Source: Methanothrix sp. (GTDB lineage Archaea; Halobacteriota; Methanosarcinia; Methanotrichales; Methanotrichaceae). From it: a stretch of 64,000 nucleotides of DNA. This document shows, one piece after another, positions 48,307 to 58,610 of the stretch; positions within the stretch are counted from its first letter, which is position 1, and the number at the start of each line of letters is the position of its first letter. Under the pieces are notes generated by a model. It worked only from the letters and a program-made list of their open reading frames with translations. It did not search any database and was not told the origin of the DNA. The stretch is taken from positions 512,001-576,000 of the forward strand of contig OY821645.1 of the NCBI GenBank assembly GCA_963682135.1. The letters run 5' to 3'. The position numbers were made by a program, and so were the translations under genes.

Positions 48307-49686
48307 TTAGGCTCGACCGCTCTGGCTCTGTATGCTATCGCTCTCATCCGCCTTCAGCAGCCGCAGTCCGGCATTCCAGTCGAATTTATTGGCCCGGCTG
48401 ATGTAGGAAGCAACCTCCTTGACTCCTGCCCAGCCGCCGTAGCGATAGGCATTGCCCCACACTCGGGATGAAGTGCGAAAAGGCGTATACCAGGGATGGA
48501 CCTGCTTGAAAGACCAATCCAGGATCTTCGGAAACTCCTCAGGCTTGATTTGAGGATGATTCCAGACCATGTGCTTGCCGTCATAGTGATGATAATCCTG
48601 ATCCCAGATGCCGAACTTCTCCTCAATCTCCTTCCACATAGGCGTCTGAGGCAGAGGAGTTATGACGCAGATCTGAGTTATATCCAGCTTTAGGGCTGCC
48701 AGCTTCTTTATGTCCTCGCGTAGCGACTCCTTGCTGTCCTCCTCAAAGCCGATCATGTAATAGCCCACTGTTCCCAGATGCCTGGTCTGCAGCATGCGCA
48801 GCGCCTCTAAAATGTCCTGCGTGCCTTCTTTTTTCTTCATCTGGTTGAGTCGCTCTTGATGCAGGTTCTCTATGCCTATGGCCGCGCCCCCAAAGCCGGA
48901 CACCTTTCTGCCATTCTTCTTCCTCATGTCCGCCCAATCGTCGATCTTCGTCCTCAGATAGTCGGCCCTCGCCATGCATCCCCAAACCATCTGGTACTTG
49001 TCAAGAAGTTCTACAACCGCATCGGCATGACGGCGATTGCAGCCGAAGTTCTCATCCTCGATCAGGACCACATTGATGTCATGCTCTTTGTAGTAGGCCA
49101 AGACCCTCTCGATGCTCTGCAAAGAGATGATATTGGGTTTGTTGCAGAAGACCGGCGTCTGGCAGAACTTGCAGCCCACCGGGCAGCCGCGCGTGGTGAA
49201 TAGCACACCGTAAATATTCAGCTTGATGTTGAAGGGCGTATTGAGATATTCGATAAGCGGAGGGTGAATAATGTCCTTAACCTGCCGTCCGAAATAGGGT
49301 GCGACCTCTCGCTCCGAGTAGCCCACGAAGATCCGATCGAACTTATCCTGCACGGCGGTGGTCAGCGCGCCATAATTTCCTGCCCACACCTCGCCTACGC
49401 CGGCAGAGCGCGCCGCCTGCACCATCTCTATGGCTTCATGGGTCTCGCTCAGATAAAACGAGAGCCCCACCACATCCCATCCCTCTTGCAGCTTCTTTTG
49501 GTACTCATCCCAGGTGGGAAACTCCAGGATCTCCAGCTCAGGGATGTTCTGCTTTAGAAATCGCAGACCAAACGACTGGATGCGCGGCCAGTAGAATCTG
49601 AACCATGACCTGGTATTGGCTCCGATGTAATCGTAAGGCTCGGTGCCCTTTCTATAAATGGTTGTGAACAGAACCCTGGGAGTCAT
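48307..49686 (-). CDS. Radical SAM protein with degenerate B12-binding-like N-terminal domain
   Basis: GLRFLKQN, WDVVGLSF, WAGNYGA, TTRGCPVGCKFC, DENF; start taken at MTPRV. Confidence 0.87.
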   Translation of the reverse strand: MTPRVLFTTIYRKGTEPYDYIGANTRSWFRFYWPRIQSFGLRFLKQNIPELEILEFPTWDEYQKKLQEGWDVVGLSFYLSETHEAIEMVQAARSAGVGEVWAGNYGALTTAVQDKFDRIFVGYSEREVAPYFGRQVKDIIHPPLIEYLNTPFNIKLNIYGVLFTTRGCPVGCKFCQTPVFCNKPNIISLQSIERVLAYYKEHDINVVLIEDENFGCNRRHADAVVELLDKYQMVWGCMARADYLRTKIDDWADMRKKNGRKVSGFGGAAIGIENLHQERLNQMKKKEGTQDILEALRMLQTRHLGTVGYYMIGFEEDSKESLREDIKKLAALKLDITQICVITPLPQTPMWKEIEEKFGIWDQDYHHYDGKHMVWNHPQIKPEEFPKILDWSFKQVHPWYTPFRTSSRVWGNAYRYGGWAGVKEVASYISRANKFDWNAGLRLLKADESDSIQSQSGRA

Positions 49687-49714
49687 AAATCCCCTGTCCC
49701 TTCTCCATGGAAGA

Positions 49715-50212
49715 TTAATCTTGCGATTCCGCATGGGCGGAAATGCCCTTCTCTTCCTTTCCGCGGGCCAGCAAGTTCTGGTAGGCACTGGCGGCCAGTT
49801 CGCTGACATCGATGCCCATCTCCCTGGCGATGAGCAGAACTACGGCGTCCAGCTCCACCAGCTTCTTCAGAGAATCCTGTTTCTCATTGGCAAGAGCAAT
49901 AACCTCTTTTCGGCTCATGCCCGTATGAGATGTGATGAGCCGAATTCCCTGATCCAGTATTCCCTCCTCAGTGGAAGGCTTGAATCCCAGGGGAACCGCC
50001 ACTGCCGCTGCATCGAAGGAGGCAATTACCATGTCATCCTCCATCTTAACCATGCCTTCAGCTTCCGCTTCCCGCAGAAGAGCGCGCACCTTCTCCGGCG
50101 GCCCCCATTTCAGGTCGAGGGATAGAGCAAAGATAAAGTCGCTGATCTTCAGGCTAGTCTTGCCGCGCTTCTTGAAGGGCGTGGCTACCAGAAAGGCTTT
50201 TTCAGGATCCAA
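49715..50212 (-). CDS. DUF2240-family archaeal protein
   Basis: VATPFKKRG, FIFALSLDLKW, VPLGFKP. Confidence 0.82.
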   Translation of the reverse strand: MDPEKAFLVATPFKKRGKTSLKISDFIFALSLDLKWGPPEKVRALLREAEAEGMVKMEDDMVIASFDAAAVAVPLGFKPSTEEGILDQGIRLITSHTGMSRKEVIALANEKQDSLKKLVELDAVVLLIAREMGIDVSELAASAYQNLLARGKEEKGISAHAESQD

Positions 50213-50368
50213 GCAAACACCTGCCTGCTGGTCTAATGCATAACAGATATAAACTAGCCCGTTGAGAGGAGAAGGTTATTTATTCCTTTGAGTGAGAATT
50301 TATAAATGGGAAAAGCAGTTGGATACTAACTATATCAAAATCTGGCGTATGCCGTCGTGTGGTGTTAG

Positions 50369-51955
50369 ATGAGGCAGATATACCCGATTATTATTCTATT
50401 CCTGCTGATTGCCGCCAGCTCTGCCCAGCTGGAAGCAGACAAGGAAAGATTTGATGTTGTGCTCCATTCCGGTGACTTGGAGGAGAGAACGCTTAAGGTA
50501 ACCAATATAGGAGATGCGACGATCTTCAAGATATCAAAAACCGAGATGAGTGGAACTGCCAGAGATTACATATTCCTGGGCATGCCGGAAGAACAACCAC
50601 TTAAGCCTCAGGATAAGGCAGAAATTAAGATATACTTTGCCTTACCACCGGAGACGCGACCCGGATCCTACACAGGATTTCTGTATTTGCTGGATAGCGC
50701 CCCTCCCTCGCTTCCCATGAGAATTGACTTTAACCTGACAGTCATCGGACAGGAGAGCTACGGCATAAGCATGACCATAGATGATGCCAAGTCTGCCCAG
50801 CTATCTGCCAATGCTAACGACATAGCTCAGTTCGATCTGGCTGTCAAGAATTTGGGCGTTTTTAGAGATGTAGCCTCAATCGATGCCGGAACGCTCCCTG
50901 ACGGGTGGAGTGTGACCTTGCTCGATGGAGAAAAAACGCAAAGTCTTCCCTATGATGTGCCTCTAGACCCGGGCATAACCCATACCATGAAGCTTCAGGT
51001 GCAAACATCATTGCCTGGCAAGAAAGCCAGCTTGGCAATCCTAGCCAAATCGTTAGGCAACCAGTCCAAGAATTCTTCTGTTGAGGCGGAGGTTGATTTT
51101 GCCGCGGAAGTTAGGGGATATAACGTGGATATCAAGGTTCCGGAAAAGATTGTAACCAACAAAACCTACAAGGGCTCCTTCAATATCATGCTGGATGTTA
51201 AGGAAAAGGTGATGGTTGGGATAGTAACGCCTCCTGAGCTTATGGTTATACCTTTAGCTCAAACGGTAGAGGTCACACCACTAAATCCCGGAATCGCCAA
51301 TTTCACCATGCTGGCATCAAAGAGCGGCGACTATCCGCTAGTCTTCCGTCTCATGGACTCCCAGGGCATTCCCATGCCGGAAGAGGTAGCATCCATCAAG
51401 GTGATCCTGCCGCAGGGTATGGTCATTCTTACGGGGGATGACTTCCTCTACAGCACTATCGCATCAGTATCCACTATGGGCAATGGAACAGCCGATTTCG
51501 ACCTAATAACAATACCTCCTGGAAAGATAAGCGAAACAGATCAGGAGAAGCTGCAAGACTATTCCAGGGTCTTGATATTGGGCAATCAATCCATCGTCAC
51601 TAAAGATGCGGAAACGTCATTGAAGGGTGTGGAAATCAAGCGTATTGACACAGGCAGCCTTTACGAAGAATGCTGGCTGTTTGCCGCAGAGGTTTGGCGG
51701 AATGGAACGGCCGAGGTGGTCTTATCCAGTCCTCTGCCCGCTGATATCTTCAGGGCCTATGAGATGGCCAGGGTGGCGGGAGCGCCAATAATAGTATGCG
51801 AGGGCGATGTGACTGAGAAGGTCAATACTGTGATCGCGGAAATGACAAAACGAAATATTACCCTCTCCAAGGCGCTTCTCATAGGCGAGATTGGAGCGGA
51901 ATATGCAAAGCCGCTGCAAAGTGCAGGCATCAAAACCGAAGAGGTGAAAGCGTGA
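50369..51955 (+). CDS. Secreted Ig/NEW3-like multidomain surface protein
   Basis: Signal peptide; VTNIG, PGSYTG, VKNLG..LPDGW beta-sandwich motifs. Confidence 0.78.
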   Translation: MRQIYPIIILFLLIAASSAQLEADKERFDVVLHSGDLEERTLKVTNIGDATIFKISKTEMSGTARDYIFLGMPEEQPLKPQDKAEIKIYFALPPETRPGSYTGFLYLLDSAPPSLPMRIDFNLTVIGQESYGISMTIDDAKSAQLSANANDIAQFDLAVKNLGVFRDVASIDAGTLPDGWSVTLLDGEKTQSLPYDVPLDPGITHTMKLQVQTSLPGKKASLAILAKSLGNQSKNSSVEAEVDFAAEVRGYNVDIKVPEKIVTNKTYKGSFNIMLDVKEKVMVGIVTPPELMVIPLAQTVEVTPLNPGIANFTMLASKSGDYPLVFRLMDSQGIPMPEEVASIKVILPQGMVILTGDDFLYSTIASVSTMGNGTADFDLITIPPGKISETDQEKLQDYSRVLILGNQSIVTKDAETSLKGVEIKRIDTGSLYEECWLFAAEVWRNGTAEVVLSSPLPADIFRAYEMARVAGAPIIVCEGDVTEKVNTVIAEMTKRNITLSKALLIGEIGAEYAKPLQSAGIKTEEVKA

Positions 51956-54900
51956 GGCTGCAATATCTAATACTATTCATAGCAATCATGTCCATTTCAG
52001 GGCTATGCTTCGCAGAGGACACGCCCTTGGAAAGAGGTGTTAAGGGCGACCTGGTGGATGTGGTTATGGTTGGAGCAGACGATTGGCATGCAGCCATTGC
52101 AGCTACTCCTCTGGCCATCTGGTCTGAGGAGAATCAGACTCGAGCTTTGCCCATGTTGATTCTTCCCAAAGCGGTCCAGGCTGGTGACCGAAATGGCTGG
52201 GTAGAAGAGAACGATCTTCAGAAATATGGTGTATCCGCTATCCTTAGCACATTCAAAGCGGCAAATATCAGCGCCATAACTATCCATGCACCAGCTGGAG
52301 ATCTAGTTAAATCTCTGGTTGATGCCGCTCACAAAGACGGGCTGAAAGCTTATATTACAGCAACTCTTGAGGTTCCCGTTATCGCCGAGCCGCTGGCGGC
52401 AGAAGATATCAAAGAATTGCCCCAGGCCAGGAAAGCCATGCTTGCACAAGCCGGCCTAGACCTTGCCGTGTCGGACGATTCAAAAATCGACAAAAGTTTG
52501 CTGCAAGTGGCAAATCCCGATATAGGTGGCAATGCCACACTTTACTGTCCGGCAAACCCAGAGACAAAGGAAAATCTCTACAGTCTTATTGAAACGCTCA
52601 TTGACGACTACAAGGCTGACGGCATTGTCCTCTATAATTTCGGCTTCCAGGATGAGAATTATTGCTACTGCAATATCTGCAAGGAGAAGTTCTATCAGGA
52701 TACTGGAATTGACCTGAGTAAAGCCAATATCAATAGCTACAACCAGGAGAGATGGACGCAGTGGAAGCAGGATCAGCTCATAGAGATTGTAAATTATGCC
52801 CGGAATATAACCAATGATTTAGGTCCCGTAAAGCTTGGCGCGGCTTTTGATAATCCTGCCGATCGCAGCCGCGGCTACAACTTCGCCGAGATCTCAAAGA
52901 TAACGGACTTTTCCATAATATCTCCCCTTTCCGCTCAGGATGCGGGACAGGTTTGCCTTCTCAGCAAGAAGCCGGTTTATGTCCGTTTGAGTGACGATTA
53001 CCTTGGATATGTTCTCTCCACACTGAATGTGGAGGGTGCAGTTGAGTATATCGAGGACCTCGTAAAATCCGGCTCAGCAGGTGTTGCTTTCGAGTATAAC
53101 GTCGTTCATACACCAATCTGGTCGGAATTGCAGCCCGCATCAAAGGCTTCTCAGTGGCTGCTGGGTCAATTGGGCGGAAAGACTCTCGCCATTGGAAACG
53201 TCTCCTGGAAATGCGATGCGAGAATAGCCGCAAACAGCAGCTTTGAGATGGCGGAAAAGATAAGCCGGTTTTGGAAAAGCTCGCCGGGAGCCGTAATCGT
53301 AGGCGAAAATTACAGCGCGGCTCTAACCGCGACACCAATTGCCTCTTATCTAAATTGGCCACTGCTCTTTGTGAACAGTATGCTGCCCAATGAGACTGCG
53401 GCTGCATTATCACGTCTGGATGTAAAAGAAGCGATCATCGTAGGTCCAATCTCGCCAATTGTGAGACAGAACCTGAGCCAGATGAATATCACTCTGCTGG
53501 ATGGAAGCCCGGAATTTCTCACCCAGCAGATGCTCAAAAGGGGAGATCATCCGAATATGGTTGTCTTTACCAACTCTCATGATCTCTCGCTTCTACCACC
53601 CGTGCCAAATCCTGTGGTAAAGAGAACACTTGTTAACGATCTGCTGATAAGAACCGAAATGAGCCCAAGCCAGGTACCGGCCGAGGAGCTGGGCGAGATT
53701 GTGAGACTCAACATAACCATGAGCAATACCGGCAAAGAAATGCTGAAAGATGTGCGATTGCTGGACGTCTTCCCCATGGGTCGGTTCATAAAATGGCCGC
53801 GGCCGCAAATAGGTGAAGCAAATATTACCGATCCCTATAGCGGCAAGCCCTCGGATGCCATAAATTCATTCCTCAATGGGTCCATGCTTCGCTGGAATAT
53901 GAACCGGCTTGATCCAGGAAAGTCTGCCAGCCTCAATGTAGAAGTAGAACTGCTCTACCCCATGGATTCCGGTTGGAAAGAGAGGCTGGACACAGGGGCT
54001 ACAGCCGCATACGAGGGATTTTCCTACAACCATACAATTCAGAATCTGGATGACGGGCCTGTAATCAACCTGACCTATCCTACCTGGATCTACTCGGGCA
54101 GAACGAACATCAGCTGGAACCTCGACCGGGAAGCGAGTTACACTGCCCTGAACCTCTACAGCCCGGAAAAACGAACCGGAAGCATCAGGATCGCAGAGAT
54201 CAAGCCTGATAAACTCTATGAAGTGAGAGTGCAGATGCTAACTCCAGGCAAGTGGATCTTCAATATCGAGGCAGGCAATGGTTTTGTCCATACTACGAAG
54301 AACTACACCATCGATGTTCGCTCCAATATTGAGGCTCTGAATATTACTGCATTCAGCCACACCAAAGTCCCCCGGCTATCACTGGTTGCAGCAGCGGCAG
54401 CCGCAGCACGCCAGGCAATTTTGCTGGATGTGGCCAAGGATCCGCAGCAAATTGATCCTCTGATTGAGGAGCAAGCATTGAGGCAGAAGGTTGAGGATCT
54501 CATGCTTTCACCTCGCTATCTGATGGTCGTGGGCGACCCTGGGTCGCTGCCCTTCATGTCCACCGGCCAAATTCAGAGGCTATCAGAGGTCATGGAGTAC
54601 GAGGTCTACAGGGACTATCAATTGCCCATGAATGATGAGAATTACAGCAGCGTAGCCGTAGGCCGAATCATGGGGCTTTCCGTTTACGATGCGTCTCAGC
54701 TTCTGGCTCGCACCCTGGCCTATGATCGATTGAACGGATCCTGGAAGAATAATGCCCTGGTCATATCTTCGCCGCCCCTCTCTTACCCTCAGGCTCCTAT
54801 CGCCATGAGAATCAGAGACTATTTGGCAGAGGCAGGGCTGCAAGTCAAGGACCTGCGTTACGAGGAAGCCACCTACCAGCAAGTCATATCGCAGATGAAT

Positions 54901-56310
54901 AACGGCAAGAACATTGTGCATTTTGATCATCACGGCAATGAAAACGCATGGCAGTTGTCTGATTGGTCGCTGATGGATTCTGCGCTTACGCAGGCGCATG
55001 TGAAGGAGTTGACTCTTTCACCCCAGACGACCACCTCCAGTGCCTGTGTTACTGCAAACCTCAAGGGATACTATCTCAATGTAACCGGCACCAGGATGTA
55101 CATCCCAATTAACCTGGAGGATTCCATTGCCCTGGCCTTCATAAGAGCTGGATCTGTAAATTATATTGGTGAGTCAGCTCTATCCTGGATCTTCGTTTCG
55201 GATGACTTCCTAAAGAGTCTCTATCAATCTCTGGTCTTTGAGAATGCTACCGTTGGTGAGGCAGCTCTTGAAGCAGATAACCTCTACCGATTGAAGTTTC
55301 AGGGTGCAGGGAACATCAAGGAGATCTCCGATTACGATGAGGCCTTGCCGGAATGGGATACCTCAGTCTCCGAGATGCTCAATCAGACGGCCTACATGGC
55401 CGTCATGCTGGGAGACCCCAGCTTCCGGCCAACTCTGCCCAAGACACCAATTCGTCCCTACAGCACCGTGCTGCAAACCGCCAACACCACAGGCGAGAAC
55501 AAGAGCATAATCAAGGCATCCGTAACGCCAATAAACGAGAGCGCAACCGACTGGATCTACTGGATCGAGACAGATAGCACCAGCGGCAAGCTCAATCTAA
55601 ACGCACCGCCTGCCATCATCGGTGAGGTATTGCTGCCTAAAGATGCAGACAAGATCGTCGTTAAGGAAAACGGACTTTCTGTGTGGCATGACGAATATAC
55701 ATTTGGCGAAAACAAAAAGGTGATGTGGCCCATATTGCGACCCAGGCTTGCTGAGGAGAGGGGCTTTGAGATAGAGTATGTGATCATTCCCGGCCAGGTT
55801 CAGCGCATCAATATAACCGCAGGCTGGAATGCCATCGCCGTATACCTCAAGCCGAAAGATGCAACTGCCTCCAAGTACCTGGCGAATAAGCCCTATCGGA
55901 GCATATTCTCCATCGCCGGCGAGGGGTGGGATTTTGGCATGAAGGATGGGAGCATGATCAATGTGACTCGTTTTTCACCCGGTGAAGGCTATCTCATCGA
56001 CAGCGCCAACAACTTCACCATGGAAATATCCGGCAAACCGGTCGATCTGCCTTATCGCATTAATTTGCATGCCGGATGGAATATGATTGGTCTTCCCGTG
56101 AACAATACGGTAGATTTAGGCAACATAACCGTGAATGCCGAGCATAAGAGGTACAAGTATCAGGAAGCAGTGACGAAAGGCCTGGTCTCGGCTTTCGTCT
56201 GGAAGTATGAGAAGCAGGGTTGGACCCACCTGGGCGAGAATGAGACTCTGGTCCCGGGAATGGCCTATCTATTCGAGGCAATGAACGAGGCCAAGCTGGA
56301 GTTCCGCTGA
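51952..56310 (+). CDS. Large secreted protein with GH-like TIM segment and C25 (gingipain-like) peptidase domain
   Basis: Signal peptide; ADGI...YCYCNICKEKF; LMVVGD...LP, VAVGRI, HFDHHG, SACVTA, MLGDPS. Confidence 0.78.
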   Translation: MRLQYLILFIAIMSISGLCFAEDTPLERGVKGDLVDVVMVGADDWHAAIAATPLAIWSEENQTRALPMLILPKAVQAGDRNGWVEENDLQKYGVSAILSTFKAANISAITIHAPAGDLVKSLVDAAHKDGLKAYITATLEVPVIAEPLAAEDIKELPQARKAMLAQAGLDLAVSDDSKIDKSLLQVANPDIGGNATLYCPANPETKENLYSLIETLIDDYKADGIVLYNFGFQDENYCYCNICKEKFYQDTGIDLSKANINSYNQERWTQWKQDQLIEIVNYARNITNDLGPVKLGAAFDNPADRSRGYNFAEISKITDFSIISPLSAQDAGQVCLLSKKPVYVRLSDDYLGYVLSTLNVEGAVEYIEDLVKSGSAGVAFEYNVVHTPIWSELQPASKASQWLLGQLGGKTLAIGNVSWKCDARIAANSSFEMAEKISRFWKSSPGAVIVGENYSAALTATPIASYLNWPLLFVNSMLPNETAAALSRLDVKEAIIVGPISPIVRQNLSQMNITLLDGSPEFLTQQMLKRGDHPNMVVFTNSHDLSLLPPVPNPVVKRTLVNDLLIRTEMSPSQVPAEELGEIVRLNITMSNTGKEMLKDVRLLDVFPMGRFIKWPRPQIGEANITDPYSGKPSDAINSFLNGSMLRWNMNRLDPGKSASLNVEVELLYPMDSGWKERLDTGATAAYEGFSYNHTIQNLDDGPVINLTYPTWIYSGRTNISWNLDREASYTALNLYSPEKRTGSIRIAEIKPDKLYEVRVQMLTPGKWIFNIEAGNGFVHTTKNYTIDVRSNIEALNITAFSHTKVPRLSLVAAAAAAARQAILLDVAKDPQQIDPLIEEQALRQKVEDLMLSPRYLMVVGDPGSLPFMSTGQIQRLSEVMEYEVYRDYQLPMNDENYSSVAVGRIMGLSVYDASQLLARTLAYDRLNGSWKNNALVISSPPLSYPQAPIAMRIRDYLAEAGLQVKDLRYEEATYQQVISQMNNGKNIVHFDHHGNENAWQLSDWSLMDSALTQAHVKELTLSPQTTTSSACVTANLKGYYLNVTGTRMYIPINLEDSIALAFIRAGSVNYIGESALSWIFVSDDFLKSLYQSLVFENATVGEAALEADNLYRLKFQGAGNIKEISDYDEALPEWDTSVSEMLNQTAYMAVMLGDPSFRPTLPKTPIRPYSTVLQTANTTGENKSIIKASVTPINESATDWIYWIETDSTSGKLNLNAPPAIIGEVLLPKDADKIVVKENGLSVWHDEYTFGENKKVMWPILRPRLAEERGFEIEYVIIPGQVQRINITAGWNAIAVYLKPKDATASKYLANKPYRSIFSIAGEGWDFGMKDGSMINVTRFSPGEGYLIDSANNFTMEISGKPVDLPYRINLHAGWNMIGLPVNNTVDLGNITVNAEHKRYKYQEAVTKGLVSAFVWKYEKQGWTHLGENETLVPGMAYLFEAMNEAKLEFR

Positions 56311-56576
56311 AGGCAATATCAGCCGAACTCCTTGCCATAATTTTTTAATATAGGTGTTCAGCTGCCGATCACCCCATCCGAGCCGCTCCCACCCATCCCT
56401 GGCCATCCATCGCGGCTCGCTGGTCATCGGATCGGTGCAGGAAAAGAGATCAACTGTCTAGGAAGCGCTTGCGAACCTCGAAGAGACCACACAGGCTTTT
56501 CTACCCATTTCAGGCCTTAAGTGCCTGTATGGCCTATTTCGCATTTTTTGCCTCCCGAACTCTCAATTTCCAACTA

Positions 56577-57425
56577 TTACGCACCCATACTAAAACGTTG
56601 CCATGTTATATATGATATATCGACAGTTCCGGACCATTTATCCAGAGTCTCATGGATGCTGACCTTGGACCAGCCGCCTTGATCAGTATTTACCCAAATG
56701 TATTTCTCCTCCGGCCATTTGCTTATGTCAATATTGGTGTTGGGGTCAACCTTGATACCCAGCCCATCAGGCCAAAATGGATAGTCACTCTCATTCGATA
56801 CAATTGTTGCACCATATACCGGAATAATCCCGATATCTGCAGTGAATGGTGCCTTGAAATACCCTCCGTAATTGAGGTCAGAAACTGGGTCGGAATTATC
56901 ATCTTCGGGATCTGCATCATCGAGGTTGAGGTCCAGGTCTATGCCTCTTCCTTGAGCTAGCCCATTCACTTCTAAGGTTATATTTCCATTCGCGTAGCAA
57001 TATGCATCCAGCACCTCCAGACGGACGGAATCAGCTACCTGCTCAGTTCCATTCATCGCGGTAAGACTGTATTCCGTTGTCGTTTCCGGCGAGACTAGTA
57101 AAAATCCTTCAGGGTCTACTTGAAGCAGCCCAGGAAGTATGCTAACTTTTTTGGCGCCAGAGACCGCCCAGCTCAAATTTGAGCTATCACCTTTAAGGAT
57201 CGTAGCATAATCCAAATGGAAGCTATTGATCTTCAAGGGTTCATCTATAGAAGGTTCTACCATAACAGGCTCCGGTATAAGATTATCCTGTTCTGACCCA
57301 TCATCATTGCCTTGCCAATCAATTGCGGTCAGTAATCCACCCACAGCAGTTAATAATGCAGCCACTCCCGTCAGGATGCCGGGCAGCGTGGTCCAGAAGG
57401 ATTTAGTATTATCGTCGTTGCTCAT
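56577..57425 (-). CDS. Membrane-anchored hypothetical protein
   Basis: FWTTLPGILTGVAALLTAVGGLL anchor, Ig-like LSWAV...SPETTTEYSLTA; GAGGTG RBS before ATG 57425. Confidence 0.78.
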   Translation of the reverse strand: MSNDDNTKSFWTTLPGILTGVAALLTAVGGLLTAIDWQGNDDGSEQDNLIPEPVMVEPSIDEPLKINSFHLDYATILKGDSSNLSWAVSGAKKVSILPGLLQVDPEGFLLVSPETTTEYSLTAMNGTEQVADSVRLEVLDAYCYANGNITLEVNGLAQGRGIDLDLNLDDADPEDDNSDPVSDLNYGGYFKAPFTADIGIIPVYGATIVSNESDYPFWPDGLGIKVDPNTNIDISKWPEEKYIWVNTDQGGWSKVSIHETLDKWSGTVDISYITWQRFSMGA

Positions 57426-57620
57426 TATTTCCCACCTCATCTATCGCCAATTGAATTATATTCATTTAAATATCCATTTTTTCGCAGAAAGGCCAAAATG
57501 ATTTGTACCGGCCTAGGTTAAAAATTTTTCGATCGTATTTTCTGATTGAGGAACAAATATAATATTAGATCATCATGAATGGATCCGATGATCTTTTTCC
57601 GCTTCTTTTGGCTCTTTTTG

Positions 57621-58550
57621 CTACTTCTTTCGGTGCAGCTCTCGAATCATCTCCCGGTGCATCGAGGCCATCATATCTCCCTGCATGCCGATCAGAAATA
57701 GCTGGAAGCCTACGATAATCAGAATGGCTGTAAGGATTGTGAGGGGAATGTGTTCAATGCGCCAGTAGAGCCAATCCCTGGCCACAAATAAGCCGATGAT
57801 AAATCCGGCCATACCAAAGAGTGATCCGATCAGGCCGAAGTAGAACATGGGATTTTCGGTCTTGGCCATGCGAAAGATGGTAAGTATGATCTTGAGGCCG
57901 TCGCGAAAAGGATGCAGCTTGGTCTTGGTGCCGGCTGGACGGGGCATGTAGGTTATGGGAACCTCAATGATGCGCAGACCCTTCTTCACGCTCTCAATGG
58001 TTATCTCCGATTCGATCTCAAAGCCCGGAGTAGAGAGGTCCAGGCGGCGAATGCCTTCTCTGGTGAACGCCCGGTAGCCGGAGAGAATGTCGCTCAAATG
58101 AACGCGATAGATGGTGGCGAAGAAGAGATTGATCATCTTATTGCCGAACATGTTCAGACCCTTCAAGGCCCCAACTCGTACATTGCCCAGCCTGTTCCCC
58201 ACGACGTGGTCGGCCTTTCCCAGCAAGACCGGCTCCAGGACGAGAGATGCTTCAGCCGGCAGGTAGGTGCCGTCCCCGTCGATGAGAAGGATATATTCCT
58301 CTTCGATCTCTTCGAAGACCTCTTTTAGAGCCTGTCCCTTGCCAAAGCCGGACTGGATAAATATGCGCGCTCCGGCGGCTTTCGCTTTGGCGACAGTAGC
58401 GTCGCTGCTGTGGCCGTCCGCCACCAGGATATTTTCGAAGCCCAGGGCTTTGAATTCCCGAATGACGGGCTCGATCGATTCCTCTTCATTGAGGGTAGGA
58501 ATGAGAACGCAGACGTCTTTGTGGCTCACGCGAAGATCAGCTCTGTACAA
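57621..58550 (-). CDS. aglJ: GT2 dolichol-phosphate glycosyltransferase (S-layer N-glycosylation)
   Basis: LIPTLNEE, DGHSSDAT, GKGQA, DGDGTY, DILSGYRAF, FEIESE, two C-terminal TMs. Confidence 0.82.
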   Translation of the reverse strand: MYRADLRVSHKDVCVLIPTLNEEESIEPVIREFKALGFENILVADGHSSDATVAKAKAAGARIFIQSGFGKGQALKEVFEEIEEEYILLIDGDGTYLPAEASLVLEPVLLGKADHVVGNRLGNVRVGALKGLNMFGNKMINLFFATIYRVHLSDILSGYRAFTREGIRRLDLSTPGFEIESEITIESVKKGLRIIEVPITYMPRPAGTKTKLHPFRDGLKIILTIFRMAKTENPMFYFGLIGSLFGMAGFIIGLFVARDWLYWRIEHIPLTILTAILIIVGFQLFLIGMQGDMMASMHREMIRELHRKK

Positions 58551-58610
58551 TGGTTATCAGCCAATACGATTGTGTCGGATTAAATAGGTTGCTTTGCCCA
58601 AAAAATTGAT

